DNA of 64,000 nucleotides. Source: an uncultured Verrucomicrobiae bacterium (GTDB taxonomy: Bacteria; Verrucomicrobiota; Verrucomicrobiia; Limisphaerales; Palsa-1400). The translations under genes were made by a program, and so were the position numbers. Shown in pieces: positions 1 to 9,388 of this stretch (position 1 is the first letter of the stretch; the number at the start of each line of letters is the position of its first letter). Where the stretch lies: NCBI GenBank assembly GCA_963707025.1, contig CAVPOM010000018.1:608001-672000 (forward strand), given 5' to 3'. The notes beneath the pieces are model-generated. The model made no database searches and had not been told where the DNA came from. It saw nothing but the letters and a program-made list of their open reading frames with translations.

Positions 1-201
1 GTCCAGCACTTCGCCCAGCGTGCGCACCAGCAAGGTTTTGCCCAGGCCCGGCACCCCTTCCAGTAAAACGTGGCCTCCCCCGAAAACCGCAATCAAAGTC
101 CCCTCGACGATGGCATGGTGGCCGACGATGACTTTGCCAATCTCCGCGCGCAGCGCTTCGTAGGCGTTGCGGAACGATTCAATCTGTTCTTCAGTATTCA
201 T
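1..201 (-). CDS. MoxR family AAA+ ATPase, 5' part (runs off window start)
   Basis: Manual translation: MNTEEQIESFRNAYEALRAEIGKVIVGHHAIVEGTLIAVFGGGHVLLEGVPGLGKTLLVRTL, with the MoxR-type Walker A (GHVLLEGVPGLGKT). Not in the ORF track. Confidence 0.92.
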   Translation of the reverse strand, partial: MNTEEQIESFRNAYEALRAEIGKVIVGHHAIVEGTLIAVFGGGHVLLEGVPGLGKTLLVRTLGEVLD

Positions 202-319
202 GGCAATCCTGTGTTCGCTGACGGAAAAGTTGTAGCAGGAGCCGCCGATAAAAACCAGCCCCAATCGCGCCTGCCAAGTGAAAGCGCGCGTCTTGACACA
301 ACCACCGTGCGCTTCTTCT

Positions 320-365
320 CCCTCTCCTCCACGGACTTGTGGAGGAGAGGGTCGGGGTGAGGAGG
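320..365 (+). repeat. REP-like palindromic element (CCCTCTCC...GGAGAGGG family)
   Basis: Perfect 13-bp stem ccctctcctccac/gtggaggagaggg with a 6-nt loop, followed by the tail tcggggtgaggagg. A related copy lies inverted at 5153-5204. Confidence 0.75.
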
Positions 366-406
366 TTTCCCTCTTTTTAGATGCGCCCCAAGTGAACCCA
401 AAAACT

Positions 407-607
407 ATGTTGACCCTGCACCCTGATATTCTGGTCAAGAACGGCAAAAAGCAATTCGCCGTCCTCCCCTACGAAGAATTCCTGGCCTTGCAAGAGCGGC
501 TGGCGGACGCGGAAGACCTTTTGGAGTTGCGCAAGGCCAAACGCGCGGAAGGCCGAACCCGCTCGCTTTCCCTGGCTGAAGCAAAGCGTCAGTTGAGCGC
601 TGCCTAG
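407..607 (+). CDS. Small type II antitoxin-like protein (Phd/YefM-like), no adjacent toxin
   Basis: 66 aa MLTLHPDILVKNGKKQFAVLPYEEFLALQERLADAEDLLELRKAK; the 'GK..AVLPYEEF..L.E.L.D.ED' pattern is typical of these antitoxins. Confidence 0.7.
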   Translation: MLTLHPDILVKNGKKQFAVLPYEEFLALQERLADAEDLLELRKAKRAEGRTRSLSLAEAKRQLSAA

Positions 608-795
608 CCCTCCCGCCCGCCTCCGTCCTCCTCCCGCCGGCGGAATAAACACTCCAAAACTCTCCCCTCTCTCCACGTAGCGTTGCGCCTAAGGCGCAAG
701 GGCGGATCATTCTTGAGAAAGAGACCGACGCCGGGAAACTCGTGGCGGCAGCGCCGCTACGGCGGGCAGACAGGGCGGGTATTGGGCGATCTGAT

Positions 796-2169
796 TTATT
801 GCCTTCCCAGAATGTGTTTAGTTAGCGCAGTGATAGATCCTGCAACGGCAGCTTCAATGTCTTTCTGTAGGACAGAAGCATCGGGCCTCGTGTGACCCTG
901 GTACCGTAAAACAACTGCTGGCTTGCTGCGCGGAGTATCCATTCCCAAACTAGTCACCCCTGCATCAACTGTTTGACGATAAACGACGCATTCTAATCCA
1001 TGAGCCGCAATCGAATAAATAAGCACCACGTTATGACCATAATTGCTAACACGCACTCTGAGCCTGCTTTCGCAGACCAGGTCCCCCTCCAAAAACTTTC
1101 CATTCCCTCGGACAATGGGAACGGCCTGTTCGAGTGAGAATCCCCCAGACTTCGCAAGCATTTGGTTTATCTTTCCCAGATAAGGAGTCAGAAACCCCGA
1201 CATGAAAACAACTTGAAAAAAATCAGAGAGTTGGGTTAGCCTGTCATTCTTCTTCAGCGCAGCAGTCTCTCGCGCCGCGACGGCTTCCAAGTCTTCGGAA
1301 GGTTGGCCTGATGGTGGCGAGATTACTTCCTCGAGACGTTTGACCAATTCTTCAACAGTCTGAAAGCGGAGATCAAGTTCATAACTCAACCCCCTGTCCA
1401 AGAGGGCGTTAAGAAAGGCGAGTTGAATTGGATCTTGAACCCTTTTGTCAATCGAATAGTTGGGTGAGCGATGGGGAGGCCGGCCTTGGGAATCTCGCAG
1501 GTTTCTGGGACAGCATTGAGTGAGGCAGTACAACAAAATGCCGCAAAGCCCCGTCAGATCGGAGCGAAAATCTCGCTTGTTCTCACCAGGGCCGCGGCGT
1601 TCTGGCAGACTCAAGAATTTATTGTCCAATGTTTCATCCGTATCGGTGCGGTTGACATTATCATCTTGGTTGAAGGATAGCCCGAAATCCACCATCACCG
1701 CGTCCACGGGTACGAGCCCCCGAATGATAATGTTTTCAGGCTTAATGTCCCGATGCGCGATTCCTGCATTAACGGCCAAACGAACCGTGCAGCACAAATC
1801 GAGCACAACGTGGACGGCTGTCCCGACCAACATGGGTCCAGCTTTGATAACGTCAGCCAAAGTTTTGCCCTCAATCAACTCCATCACAAAATAAAGCGGA
1901 CAACTCGGATCCTCGAATTTCTCGGTGTTGTCTTCCAGGACCTTCGGCACTTTGCCGCCAGCATTATGAAGAACTTTGAGGTTGATTACTTCTTGCGCCA
2001 TTCTTCCGCGTGCTTTGCCATCTCTTGCCTTATGAGCTTTGAGCAGTTTGAGGACTGCTCGGGCAGGTTCGCCTGATACTGATTTCACGAGGAAAGTGTC
2101 CCCCTGACCGCCCCCATCGAGCGGCGCGATTTCGTTCCACTTTTCATTCCAAGGGCCATTTCCGATCAT
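796..2169 (-). CDS. Serine/threonine protein kinase with uncharacterised C-terminal domain
   Basis: Gly-rich loop GGGQG, VLK lysine, catalytic HRDIKPEN and DFG motifs. Start uncertain (2169 ATG, 2187 GTG or 2244). Confidence 0.9.
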   Translation of the reverse strand: MIGNGPWNEKWNEIAPLDGGGQGDTFLVKSVSGEPARAVLKLLKAHKARDGKARGRMAQEVINLKVLHNAGGKVPKVLEDNTEKFEDPSCPLYFVMELIEGKTLADVIKAGPMLVGTAVHVVLDLCCTVRLAVNAGIAHRDIKPENIIIRGLVPVDAVMVDFGLSFNQDDNVNRTDTDETLDNKFLSLPERRGPGENKRDFRSDLTGLCGILLYCLTQCCPRNLRDSQGRPPHRSPNYSIDKRVQDPIQLAFLNALLDRGLSYELDLRFQTVEELVKRLEEVISPPSGQPSEDLEAVAARETAALKKNDRLTQLSDFFQVVFMSGFLTPYLGKINQMLAKSGGFSLEQAVPIVRGNGKFLEGDLVCESRLRVRVSNYGHNVVLIYSIAAHGLECVVYRQTVDAGVTSLGMDTPRSKPAVVLRYQGHTRPDASVLQKDIEAAVAGSITALTKHILGRQ

Positions 2170-2324
2170 CGGGTAATTGTATGGCACCGACTCCCAATTG
2201 CCAGTTGATTTCTGTGAAGCGTTCGGAGCGGAAAGACCAGGCAAAAAGAAAAGTGGAAACGCGGTCAGGACTCACACGGCCACGGCACGGGTGCATGTTT
2301 GAAAACATTTTGATTTACGTGGAG

Positions 2325-2789
2325 TCAAGTTCTTAGACGTTCAATCCACCCAGCGATTTCGTCACGCCGCTCTTGCGTCCGGAGTTCCGAGGAACCAGCC
2401 GGGAATCTGTCCAAGATTCCTTGGAGAATCCGAGCCTGAACATCCGGTGGACTCTCGGTAAGAATCTTGATGAAGCGCACGCGTGTTGTTCCGTCGTAGT
2501 TAAATGGATCGATATCCAGATCGAGGTCAACGTAAAAGTCATGGTGTGTTCGATAGCTGAAGTCGCCGAGATAGCCACTGCTCACTCCGATGTAGCGGTT
2601 CACAAGTTTATTGACTTCCAACCGCGTCAACGGTCCACTCGGACTCGAGCACTCGTTCGTGTTCGGCGCGCTGAATGAGTTGGCGGTCGTTTCAGTGCGT
2701 GGGGACGCACTTCGCACGTTGGCGACTTCCACCATCAGCACGCGCTTCAGAATGTGTAATGCGCCGATTCCTGGCGAATAGAGCTCCTT
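2325..2789 (-). pseudogene. 3' part of the IS-interrupted TIR fusion gene; C-terminal segment resembles the N-terminal region of abortive-infection (Abi_C-containing) proteins
   Basis: KELYSPGIG... joins in frame to ...TETNLKEL of the TIR ORF once the IS and one TSD copy are removed. Contains LVNRYIGVSSGYLGDFSYRTHHDFY...GTTRVRFIKIL. Confidence 0.75.
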
Positions 2790-4240
2790 CACAGCCATCC
2801 CACAGGAAATTGGAAAAAAGTGTTGGCTTGACCATTTGAACCTGCCACAAGGCAGGCATGAAAAACAAAAAAATCAAACCGACACGGTCCCGGTTTAACG
2901 TTTTGCGCCAGATTTGCAATCTCATTCCTGCGCATGAAGTCTCCAAAATAGCGCGGGAGACCGGGGCTCTGGATAAGTCGCGCACCTTCAGTCCGTGGAG
3001 TCACACGGTCAGTTTGCTGGACGCGCAACTCACCCATTGCATCGGACTCAACGATCTGTGCGACTCGCTGCAATTGCATTCCGGGCCGCTGTCCACTTTG
3101 CGCGGCGCCAGCGCCCCCAGCCGCAACGGCCTCTCCCACGCCAACCGGGAGCGTCCGGCCCAGATGGCCGAACAACTCTTCTGGCGGGTCCTGGAGCATT
3201 TGAAAGCACAGACGCCCGGCTTTGCCGCGGGCCAGCGCCGTGGCCCCGCCTTCCGTTTCAAGATGCCCATCCATGTGATTGATAGCACGACCATGGAACT
3301 GGTGGCCAACTGCCTGGACTGGGCCAAGCACCGCCGGCGCAAGGCCGCCGCCAAAACCCATATGCGGTTGAATCTGCAGAATCTTTTGCCCGGTTTTGTC
3401 ATTGTGGACACTGCCGCCGAGCACGACAACCGACGGGCGCGGGAACTGTGCGCCGACTTGAAGAGCGGCGAAATCGCCTTGTTCGACAAGGGTTATGTGG
3501 ACTTCGGCCACTTGCGGGATTTGGACGGGCGCGGGGTCTTTTGGGTGACGCGGGCCAAGGAGAACATGGGCTATGAGGTGGTGCGGAAAATGCCCGCCTC
3601 CAGAGACCCGAAGATTTTGCGCGACGAAGTGATCGTCCTGAGCAACGAGAACAAACCCGCGCCGGAGTTGATGCGCCGGGTGGTGGCGCTGGTCGAGATT
3701 GATGGAGAGGAACGGGAAATGACCTTCCTGACCAACAACCTGGAGTGGAGTCCGCGCAGCGTGGCCGACCTTTACCGCTGCCGCTGGCAGATCGAAGTCT
3801 TCTTCAAACAAATCAAGCAGACCTTGCAGTTGGCGGATTTTCTGGGCCACAACGCCAACGCCGTGCGCTGGCAGGTGTGGACGGCGCTGTTGACCTACGT
3901 GCTGTTGCGCTACCTCAGTCACCTCTCCAACTGGGCGCACAGCTTCACCCGGCTGTTCACGATTTTGCGGGCGGCGCTCTGGGAGAAATATGATCTGCTC
4001 AATTTGCTGGCGTGCTATGGGACAGCAGGCGGCAGCTTTCGCCACTTGGCGCGGCCCGAGCAGGCGTATTTCCCCGGCTTCCAATAAAGCTATGGGACAG
4101 CACACGCGCCCAAACAGGCGCATACCAAACCCAAAAGCCAAACTCGGAAAAATCAAAATCTCATTTTACCCCGAAGACCAATTAAACCCTTGCAAATGAA
4201 CAGGTCAGCACCAGACTTTTCCCCTTATGAGACGGGTGTG
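2790..4240 (+). mobile_element. IS4-family insertion sequence, 1451 bp, 9-bp target duplication
   Basis: GAGCTCCTT at 2781-2789 and 4241-4249. Imperfect terminal IRs (cacagccatcccaca vs reverse complement cacacccgtctcata). Encloses a transposase. Confidence 0.9.
2858..4087 (+). CDS. IS4-family DDE transposase (DUF4372 + DDE_Tnp_1 type)
   Basis: Motifs IDST, FDKGY and the Y-x2-R-x3-E-x6-K signature YRCRWQIEVFFKQIK. Confidence 0.95.
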   Translation: MKNKKIKPTRSRFNVLRQICNLIPAHEVSKIARETGALDKSRTFSPWSHTVSLLDAQLTHCIGLNDLCDSLQLHSGPLSTLRGASAPSRNGLSHANRERPAQMAEQLFWRVLEHLKAQTPGFAAGQRRGPAFRFKMPIHVIDSTTMELVANCLDWAKHRRRKAAAKTHMRLNLQNLLPGFVIVDTAAEHDNRRARELCADLKSGEIALFDKGYVDFGHLRDLDGRGVFWVTRAKENMGYEVVRKMPASRDPKILRDEVIVLSNENKPAPELMRRVVALVEIDGEEREMTFLTNNLEWSPRSVADLYRCRWQIEVFFKQIKQTLQLADFLGHNANAVRWQVWTALLTYVLLRYLSHLSNWAHSFTRLFTILRAALWEKYDLLNLLACYGTAGGSFRHLARPEQAYFPGFQ

Positions 4241-5023
4241 GAGCTCCTTCAAATTGGTTTCGGTGACTTTCAACTTTGAGCCATCTTGCCAGAAGGCGTA
4301 GGCCGAATTCGCCAATCGCTTGTACGCTTCGAAGTCGATCTTTCGCGCAGTCGCAGCGAGGCAAAGGATTTCGTGGGCATGGTTGAAGCCTCGCAACCAC
4401 TCGCCGTCAATTTGCCAAGCCTGTTCAGCGGCACTCTTTGGCGACATGAGGAACACGGTGTCGAATCCCGCAAGGCAGTGGATGATCTGGTTACAATAAG
4501 CCAGAAGTTCTTCCGCGCTTGCCCTCGCATATCCTGAGATCAGGTTTTCGTCTCCTTGGTTAGCGGAGGCGCAGATACCACGGTAATGGTCGTTGTCTGA
4601 TAGTGGCCACGTTTCTGGTTGACGGCAGGCTTCGAGGAGTTTCGGATAATCCTGCTCGCGGTCTGCCGCGAGCCAGTTGATGTAAAGGAATTGCGCCAGG
4701 GAGCCTTTGATGGGGGCTTTGTCGAGCCGAAGAGGGATGAAACGGCGCTCCTTGTTCAGCGGGTCGCGAAACCGGAAGGTGCCGGCCTCCAACTGCGCCC
4801 AGTCGGAGCCGAACGCATTCGCCGACATGCAGAGCACGAGCACGCGCGAGTGCTCCAGTCCTTCCTCGATCTTCGCCGGGATGCTGTCGCCTGGTTTTAG
4901 CACCCAGTCATCAAGCCAAACCTTCAGCCCGTCGTTCCTCAACCGCTCCGCGACATCACGAACAACCGCTTTTTCCTTCGTGCTGTGGCTCAGGAAAACA
5001 TCATATTGGAAATCCAAGGACAC
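4241..5023 (-). pseudogene. TIR (TIR_2) domain protein, 5' part, interrupted by IS4
   Basis: YDVFLSHS...VWLDDW...PGDSIP..IEEGLEHSRVLVLCMS...SDWAQLE (catalytic Glu position retained). The ORF runs into the IS end at 4240. Confidence 0.9.
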
Positions 5024-5029
5024 GATTTG

Positions 5030-5057
5030 ATATTATGGCTGTGCATGTAGTTGGCAA
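5030..5057 (-). promoter_or_regulatory. Putative sigma70 promoter, leaderless, for the TIR gene
   Basis: Minus strand TTGCCA-16-TAATAT-6-GTG. Confidence 0.5.
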
Positions 5058-5152
5058 GGAATTCAGTATGCGCCGTTTTTTAAGATTGGTCATTGATGTG
5101 AGCGAAATAAACCGGTCTCGCCTCACGGCATTTTTGTGGTTATTTCCATAAA

Positions 5153-5204
5153 CCCTCACCTCACCCTGACCCTCTCCCCTCCCATCGGATGGGAGCGGAG
5201 AGGG
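5153..5204 (-). repeat. REP-like palindromic element (same family as 320-365, opposite orientation)
   Basis: ccctcacctcaccctga followed by the hairpin ccctctcc-cc-tcccatc-g-gatggga-gc-ggagaggg. Confidence 0.7.
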
Positions 5205-5509
5205 AACAGGCGACGGACACGAATTCTTCCACGGAGGTCTGTCGAGCGACGGCAGATTGGTGGACACCTGCCAGAAATATAATATGCCCCCTCCGTTGAC
5301 TCGGTTGCCTCCGGTTGCATCCCCTGTTCTTCCTTCTGCCTTGATACTTTCTCCCCTTTCCCCCTTGACACCACCTGGGTTAAATGCTAATTTGGCATAG
5401 TGAGAAGAGGGAAGGTGCCAGTGGAATCAGACGGGGACGGAAGCAAGACAGGCTTCCGCCAGCTAAGAATTCAACAGAAGCAATCGAAGTTTTCCCTTCC
5501 CTCTCCCCG

Positions 5510-5760
5510 GTCCTCCGTCCAGTCCTCCGAACTGTCCGCCACAGCCTTGGCGAAGGTGGAAGCTTTAGCGGTGGTGGAAGGCCCGGCGAAGGTGCAAGGC
5601 CCGGCGCAGGAGGATGCATTTGTCCCGCGCCGGTCAAACCGGTCAAACCCATCGCTGTCCAGCAACGTGAGCGATAAAAATGTGGAAGACCCTCACCTGC
5701 AAGGTGTTGCTGAGTCATTGGGATGTGATCGAAGCAGTCGCGGTCAAACCCAGTCAAACC
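5510..5760. repeat. Composite intergenic repeat region
   Basis: gtcctcc/gtccgcc units followed by several ggcgaaggtgga-like units, plus GTCAAACC repeated four times (5631-5650, 5741-5760). Confidence 0.55.
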
Positions 5761-5930
5761 ATGTTTTCAACCTTGACCATGTCCTCCCTGTTGTCCGCCA
5801 TGATTTTAGCCACGGCGGAAGATTTGGGGTCGGAGGAGTCAAGTCGCGACTTCGCTCTGCTCTTTTTGACTTGTCTGCCGATCTCCGATGCAACATGGTT
5901 TTTGCCAGCGTGACTTAATCCGACTTTGCG

Positions 5931-6692
5931 ATGTCCTCCCCGCAACCCAACCTCCGGTTAGACCAGGCCCTCGTCCAGCGCGCCCTTTGTCCCAGTCGCG
6001 AAAAGGCCCGGCGCGCCATCCTGGCCGGGCAGGTCCTGCTCCGCGGGCAGACCGCCAAAAAACCCAGCGACCTGGTCAAGCCGGCAGACGATCTGGCCCT
6101 GACCGTCCCGGAACGCTACGTCAGCCGGGGCGGCTTCAAGCTCGAACACGGCCTGCGCCATTTCCAACTGGATGCGCGCGGCCTGACCGCGATTGACCTC
6201 GGCGCTTCCACCGGCGGATTCACCGATTGTCTCCTGCAAAACGGCGCGGCCAGAGTCTTCGCGGTGGACGTGGGCCGCGGCCAGCTTGCCTGGAAACTGC
6301 GCCAGGATCCGCGCGTGGTCGTCATGGAACGGACCAATGCGCGCCACCTCACCCGGCAAAGTTTCCCCCCGCCCTTCACCGGGGCGGACCTGGTGGTGGC
6401 CGATTGCGCCTTCATCTCGTTGCGCAAGATCTTTCCCGCCGCCGTTGCATTGTTGCGCCGTTCGGGTAAAATCCTCGCCTTGGTGAAACCCCAATTCGAA
6501 GCTGGCAAAGCCGAAGCGGACCGGGGCGCGGGCGTGATTACCGACCCGGCCATTCACGCCCGGGTGCTGCGCGAATTGCGCGAGTTTCTCGCCGCCGACT
6601 CCGGCGTGCTCTGGCAGGGCGAGACGGAATCACCCCTGCTTGGCCCGGCCGGCAACAAGGAATTTCTGGTGCTGCTTGAAAAGACATCCTGA
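5931..6692 (+). CDS. tlyA: TlyA family rRNA 2'-O-methyltransferase
   Basis: S4 domain (RLDQALV...SREKA), YVSRGGFKL, DLGASTGGFTDCLLQ, LVKPQFE, GNKEFL. Confidence 0.96.
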   Translation: MSSPQPNLRLDQALVQRALCPSREKARRAILAGQVLLRGQTAKKPSDLVKPADDLALTVPERYVSRGGFKLEHGLRHFQLDARGLTAIDLGASTGGFTDCLLQNGAARVFAVDVGRGQLAWKLRQDPRVVVMERTNARHLTRQSFPPPFTGADLVVADCAFISLRKIFPAAVALLRRSGKILALVKPQFEAGKAEADRGAGVITDPAIHARVLRELREFLAADSGVLWQGETESPLLGPAGNKEFLVLLEKTS

Positions 6693-7560
6693 AAAAATCC
6701 ATCGCATCGGGTTGGTGGCCAATGTCGCCAAACCGGCCGGCCGCGCCGCCCTGCGGGGCGCCGCCGCCCTCATCGCCCGCCACGGGCGCATCGCCGCCGC
6801 CGAGGAAAGCACCGCCCGCCAGGCGGGCCTCAAATGCCCGACCTTTGCCAGCGCGACCGAACTGGCCCGCCACTCCGATCTGCTCCTGGTCTTCGGCGGC
6901 GACGGCACCATTTTGCGCGCGGTGCGCGAAAGCGACGGCTGCCAGACCGCCATTCTGGGCATCAACGTGGGCCGCCTTGGTTTTCTCAACGCCGTGGCCG
7001 CCGGCGACCTGCCCGCGGCCTTGCAAAAGATTTGGGACAACGACTTCGTCATCGAGCGGCGTCCGCTCCTGGCGGCGACCGGGCGGTGCCAGGGCAAAAC
7101 GATCCAGTCCTGCGCACTCAACGACATCGTCATCAGCCACGGGGCCGTCTCCCGAGTGATTGAACTGGATGTGAGCGTGAACGGGGAAGCGCTGACCCAA
7201 TATCGCGGCGACGGCCTGATCGTCAGTTCGCCGACCGGTTCGACCGCCTATTCTCTTTCCGCCGGCGGGCCGATTGTCAGTCCGACGGCGCAGGTCTTTG
7301 CCATCACTCCGATTTGCCCGCATGCCCTCTCCAATCGTTCCGTCATCGTCAATGCCAACGCCACCGTGGAAGTCAAGGTCTTGAGCGAACAATTGGAAAT
7401 CATCGTGGCGGCGGACGGCCAGATGCAAGCCACCATGGGCTGCGGCGACGTTGTCACCATCCGCCGCGCCCGCCGCCCCGTCCGCCTGCTCCACCTGGGC
7501 GGCTGGTCCTTTTTTGACACCGTCCGCCGCAAATTGCACTGGAGCGGCTCATCCGTCTAA
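6676..7560 (+). CDS. nadK: NAD(+) kinase
   Basis: GGDGT, GINVGRLGFL, LNDIV, GDGLIVSSPTGSTAYSLSAGGPI. Start probably TTG 6676. Confidence 0.96.
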   Translation: MKRHPEKIHRIGLVANVAKPAGRAALRGAAALIARHGRIAAAEESTARQAGLKCPTFASATELARHSDLLLVFGGDGTILRAVRESDGCQTAILGINVGRLGFLNAVAAGDLPAALQKIWDNDFVIERRPLLAATGRCQGKTIQSCALNDIVISHGAVSRVIELDVSVNGEALTQYRGDGLIVSSPTGSTAYSLSAGGPIVSPTAQVFAITPICPHALSNRSVIVNANATVEVKVLSEQLEIIVAADGQMQATMGCGDVVTIRRARRPVRLLHLGGWSFFDTVRRKLHWSGSSV

Positions 7561-7592
7561 AACCGGATGCGTCAACAAGAATTATCGGAGCT

Positions 7593-8444
7593 GTGAGCGC
7601 AGAAGCCGAAAAGCCAGCCATCCCGCCGCCGGAGCGGGAGCCGCCGGCGGCGGCGCCGGTGGCCCGGCAGCCGTTGAGCTTTGGCGGAGTGGCCGCGTTT
7701 TCGCAGGCGCCGTGGCGGCGGTTGTTCCTGGCGCAGGCGCTGGCCGCCCTGCTCTGCGCCGCCAGCGCCGTCTGGTTTCTGGGACACTGCTATGCCCCCG
7801 TCATCACGCAGGAGATCCAAAAGATGCCGGAAGGGGCCGGCCTGGCCGGCGGACAACTGGCCGGCCTGCCCGGCATGGCGATTTCTGAAAACAAGTTTCT
7901 CTCCCTCGCCATCACCGCCGATGACGCCGCCGACCTGGATCAAAGCGCCGACGTGCAAATCGCGCTGCGCCGGGACCACCTGGAGATTTCTTCCCTGCTG
8001 AGTTCGGCGCTGGGCTCGCTGGAGTTTGATTACGGCAACCAGTCCGCCCTGGATTTGAGCCGGTCGCGCCTGGAGCCTTGGTGGGGCGCCTGGCGGCCGG
8101 TGGTTTTAGTCGGGGCGGGCCTGGCGGTGGCCGTTTGGCTTTTGCTGCTCTGGGCCACGCTGGCGTGGATTTACTCTCCAGCCGCAAAACTGGTCGCTTG
8201 GTTTTGTGATCGGCGGTTGTCCTGGCCCGGCGCATGGCGGCTGGCCTGCGCTGCGTTGCTGCCGGGAGCGGTCTTGCTGGCCCTGGGCCTGCTGTTCTAC
8301 GGCTGGCAGATGGTGGATATCTTTGGACTTGGTTATTTTTGGACTGTCCATTTATTGGTCGGTTGGGTTTACGTGCTGGCGGCGCCCGCCTTCGCGCCGC
8401 GCTTATTTTCCCCCAAAGAGATTCGCAACCCGTTTCGCCCCTGA
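7593..8444 (+). CDS. Hypothetical membrane protein
   Basis: 283 aa with several hydrophobic segments; co-oriented downstream of nadK. Confidence 0.75.
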   Translation: MSAEAEKPAIPPPEREPPAAAPVARQPLSFGGVAAFSQAPWRRLFLAQALAALLCAASAVWFLGHCYAPVITQEIQKMPEGAGLAGGQLAGLPGMAISENKFLSLAITADDAADLDQSADVQIALRRDHLEISSLLSSALGSLEFDYGNQSALDLSRSRLEPWWGAWRPVVLVGAGLAVAVWLLLLWATLAWIYSPAAKLVAWFCDRRLSWPGAWRLACAALLPGAVLLALGLLFYGWQMVDIFGLGYFWTVHLLVGWVYVLAAPAFAPRLFSPKEIRNPFRP

Positions 8445-8598
8445 TATTTGCGCAAACAGGCTGTTTTCGGGCCGTCCCAGAAAAGTGAGATAATCCCCGC
8501 TGGCACGACGGTTGCTGATTCACGTTGGTTTGCACAGTTAACCGGACGCTGAAAACAGCCGATAAGGAGACACGGCCTCGAGCAAACGAGACGAATTT

Positions 8599-8928
8599 AT
8601 GGAACGCAACTTAGAACAACGCAAACAGTACGACGAACCTTTCAAACAAGCCGCCGCCCATTTCTTCCACCACAGCGGCCGGAGCCTGGAAGAAGTCTCC
8701 ACCGAATTGGGCCTGGCTGCGGCTGACCTGCGGACTTGGAAGCGGAAATACCCGCCGCCCCCGGCGCAAAAAACAGCCGCCAAGCCGCTCAACCCCGTCA
8801 GCCAACTCCGGGCCGAGAACCAGGCCTTGCGGGACGAAATCGTGCATTTGAAGGTGCAGTGGGAGGTTCTCAAAACCACCCTCGGCATCCTGTCGGCCAG
8901 CGCCAGCCCGAAGGAGAAATCTGCTTGA
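8599..8928 (+). CDS. Stand-alone IS3 OrfA-like HTH/leucine-zipper protein
   Basis: RKQYDEPFKQAA...SGRSLEEVSTELGL....LRTWKRKY, then coiled coil LRAENQALRDEI...EVLKTTLGIL. No OrfB follows. Confidence 0.7.
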   Translation: MERNLEQRKQYDEPFKQAAAHFFHHSGRSLEEVSTELGLAAADLRTWKRKYPPPPAQKTAAKPLNPVSQLRAENQALRDEIVHLKVQWEVLKTTLGILSASASPKEKSA

Positions 8929-8935
8929 CAATGTT

Positions 8936-9202
8936 ATGAGAAAAGCACCGCGAAATTTGAGCGTGGAGGACCAGGTGCCATTTCGGCCCGTTGGCTTCTC
9001 TCCGCCAAAACCGGCCCATTTCACCCTCTTGCTCAGCCTGCACCGGGACCAAACGGAGGAACCCCGCAAAATACCCGTGGAGCATCTTCCCAGCCCGCGC
9101 AGCCCCATCCTTTTCAAGGTGGCGGCCATGGAGACCTATTCCAGCAACACCCCGCGCCTGAACCGCCGCCGCCAATTCTACGGCCGCTTCCGCTCCGCCT
9201 GA
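8936..9202 (+). CDS. Hypothetical protein
   Basis: 88-aa ORF starting 7 nt after the previous stop; no recognisable motif. Confidence 0.35.
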   Translation: MRKAPRNLSVEDQVPFRPVGFSPPKPAHFTLLLSLHRDQTEEPRKIPVEHLPSPRSPILFKVAAMETYSSNTPRLNRRRQFYGRFRSA

Positions 9203-9388
9203 TACCCCGTGCCGACTGGCGCCGCCCGTCGCTCCCTCTTCGCCGCCTCTCCGCCTTGGTTGCTGATCCGCGCCGTCTTTCCTTGCTTGGTCACCTTTTG
9301 CCCAGGCAGGACATTACGCTAATAAAGGGCTTGCTCTGACGGATGATCCCGCACTTTTGCAAGGCTGCGGCGATGGGTCCTTTTACCA

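Noticed and set aside
5380..5918. Several overlapping ORFs upstream of tlyA
   Set aside because: They translate repeat-rich intergenic DNA and have no protein-like features.
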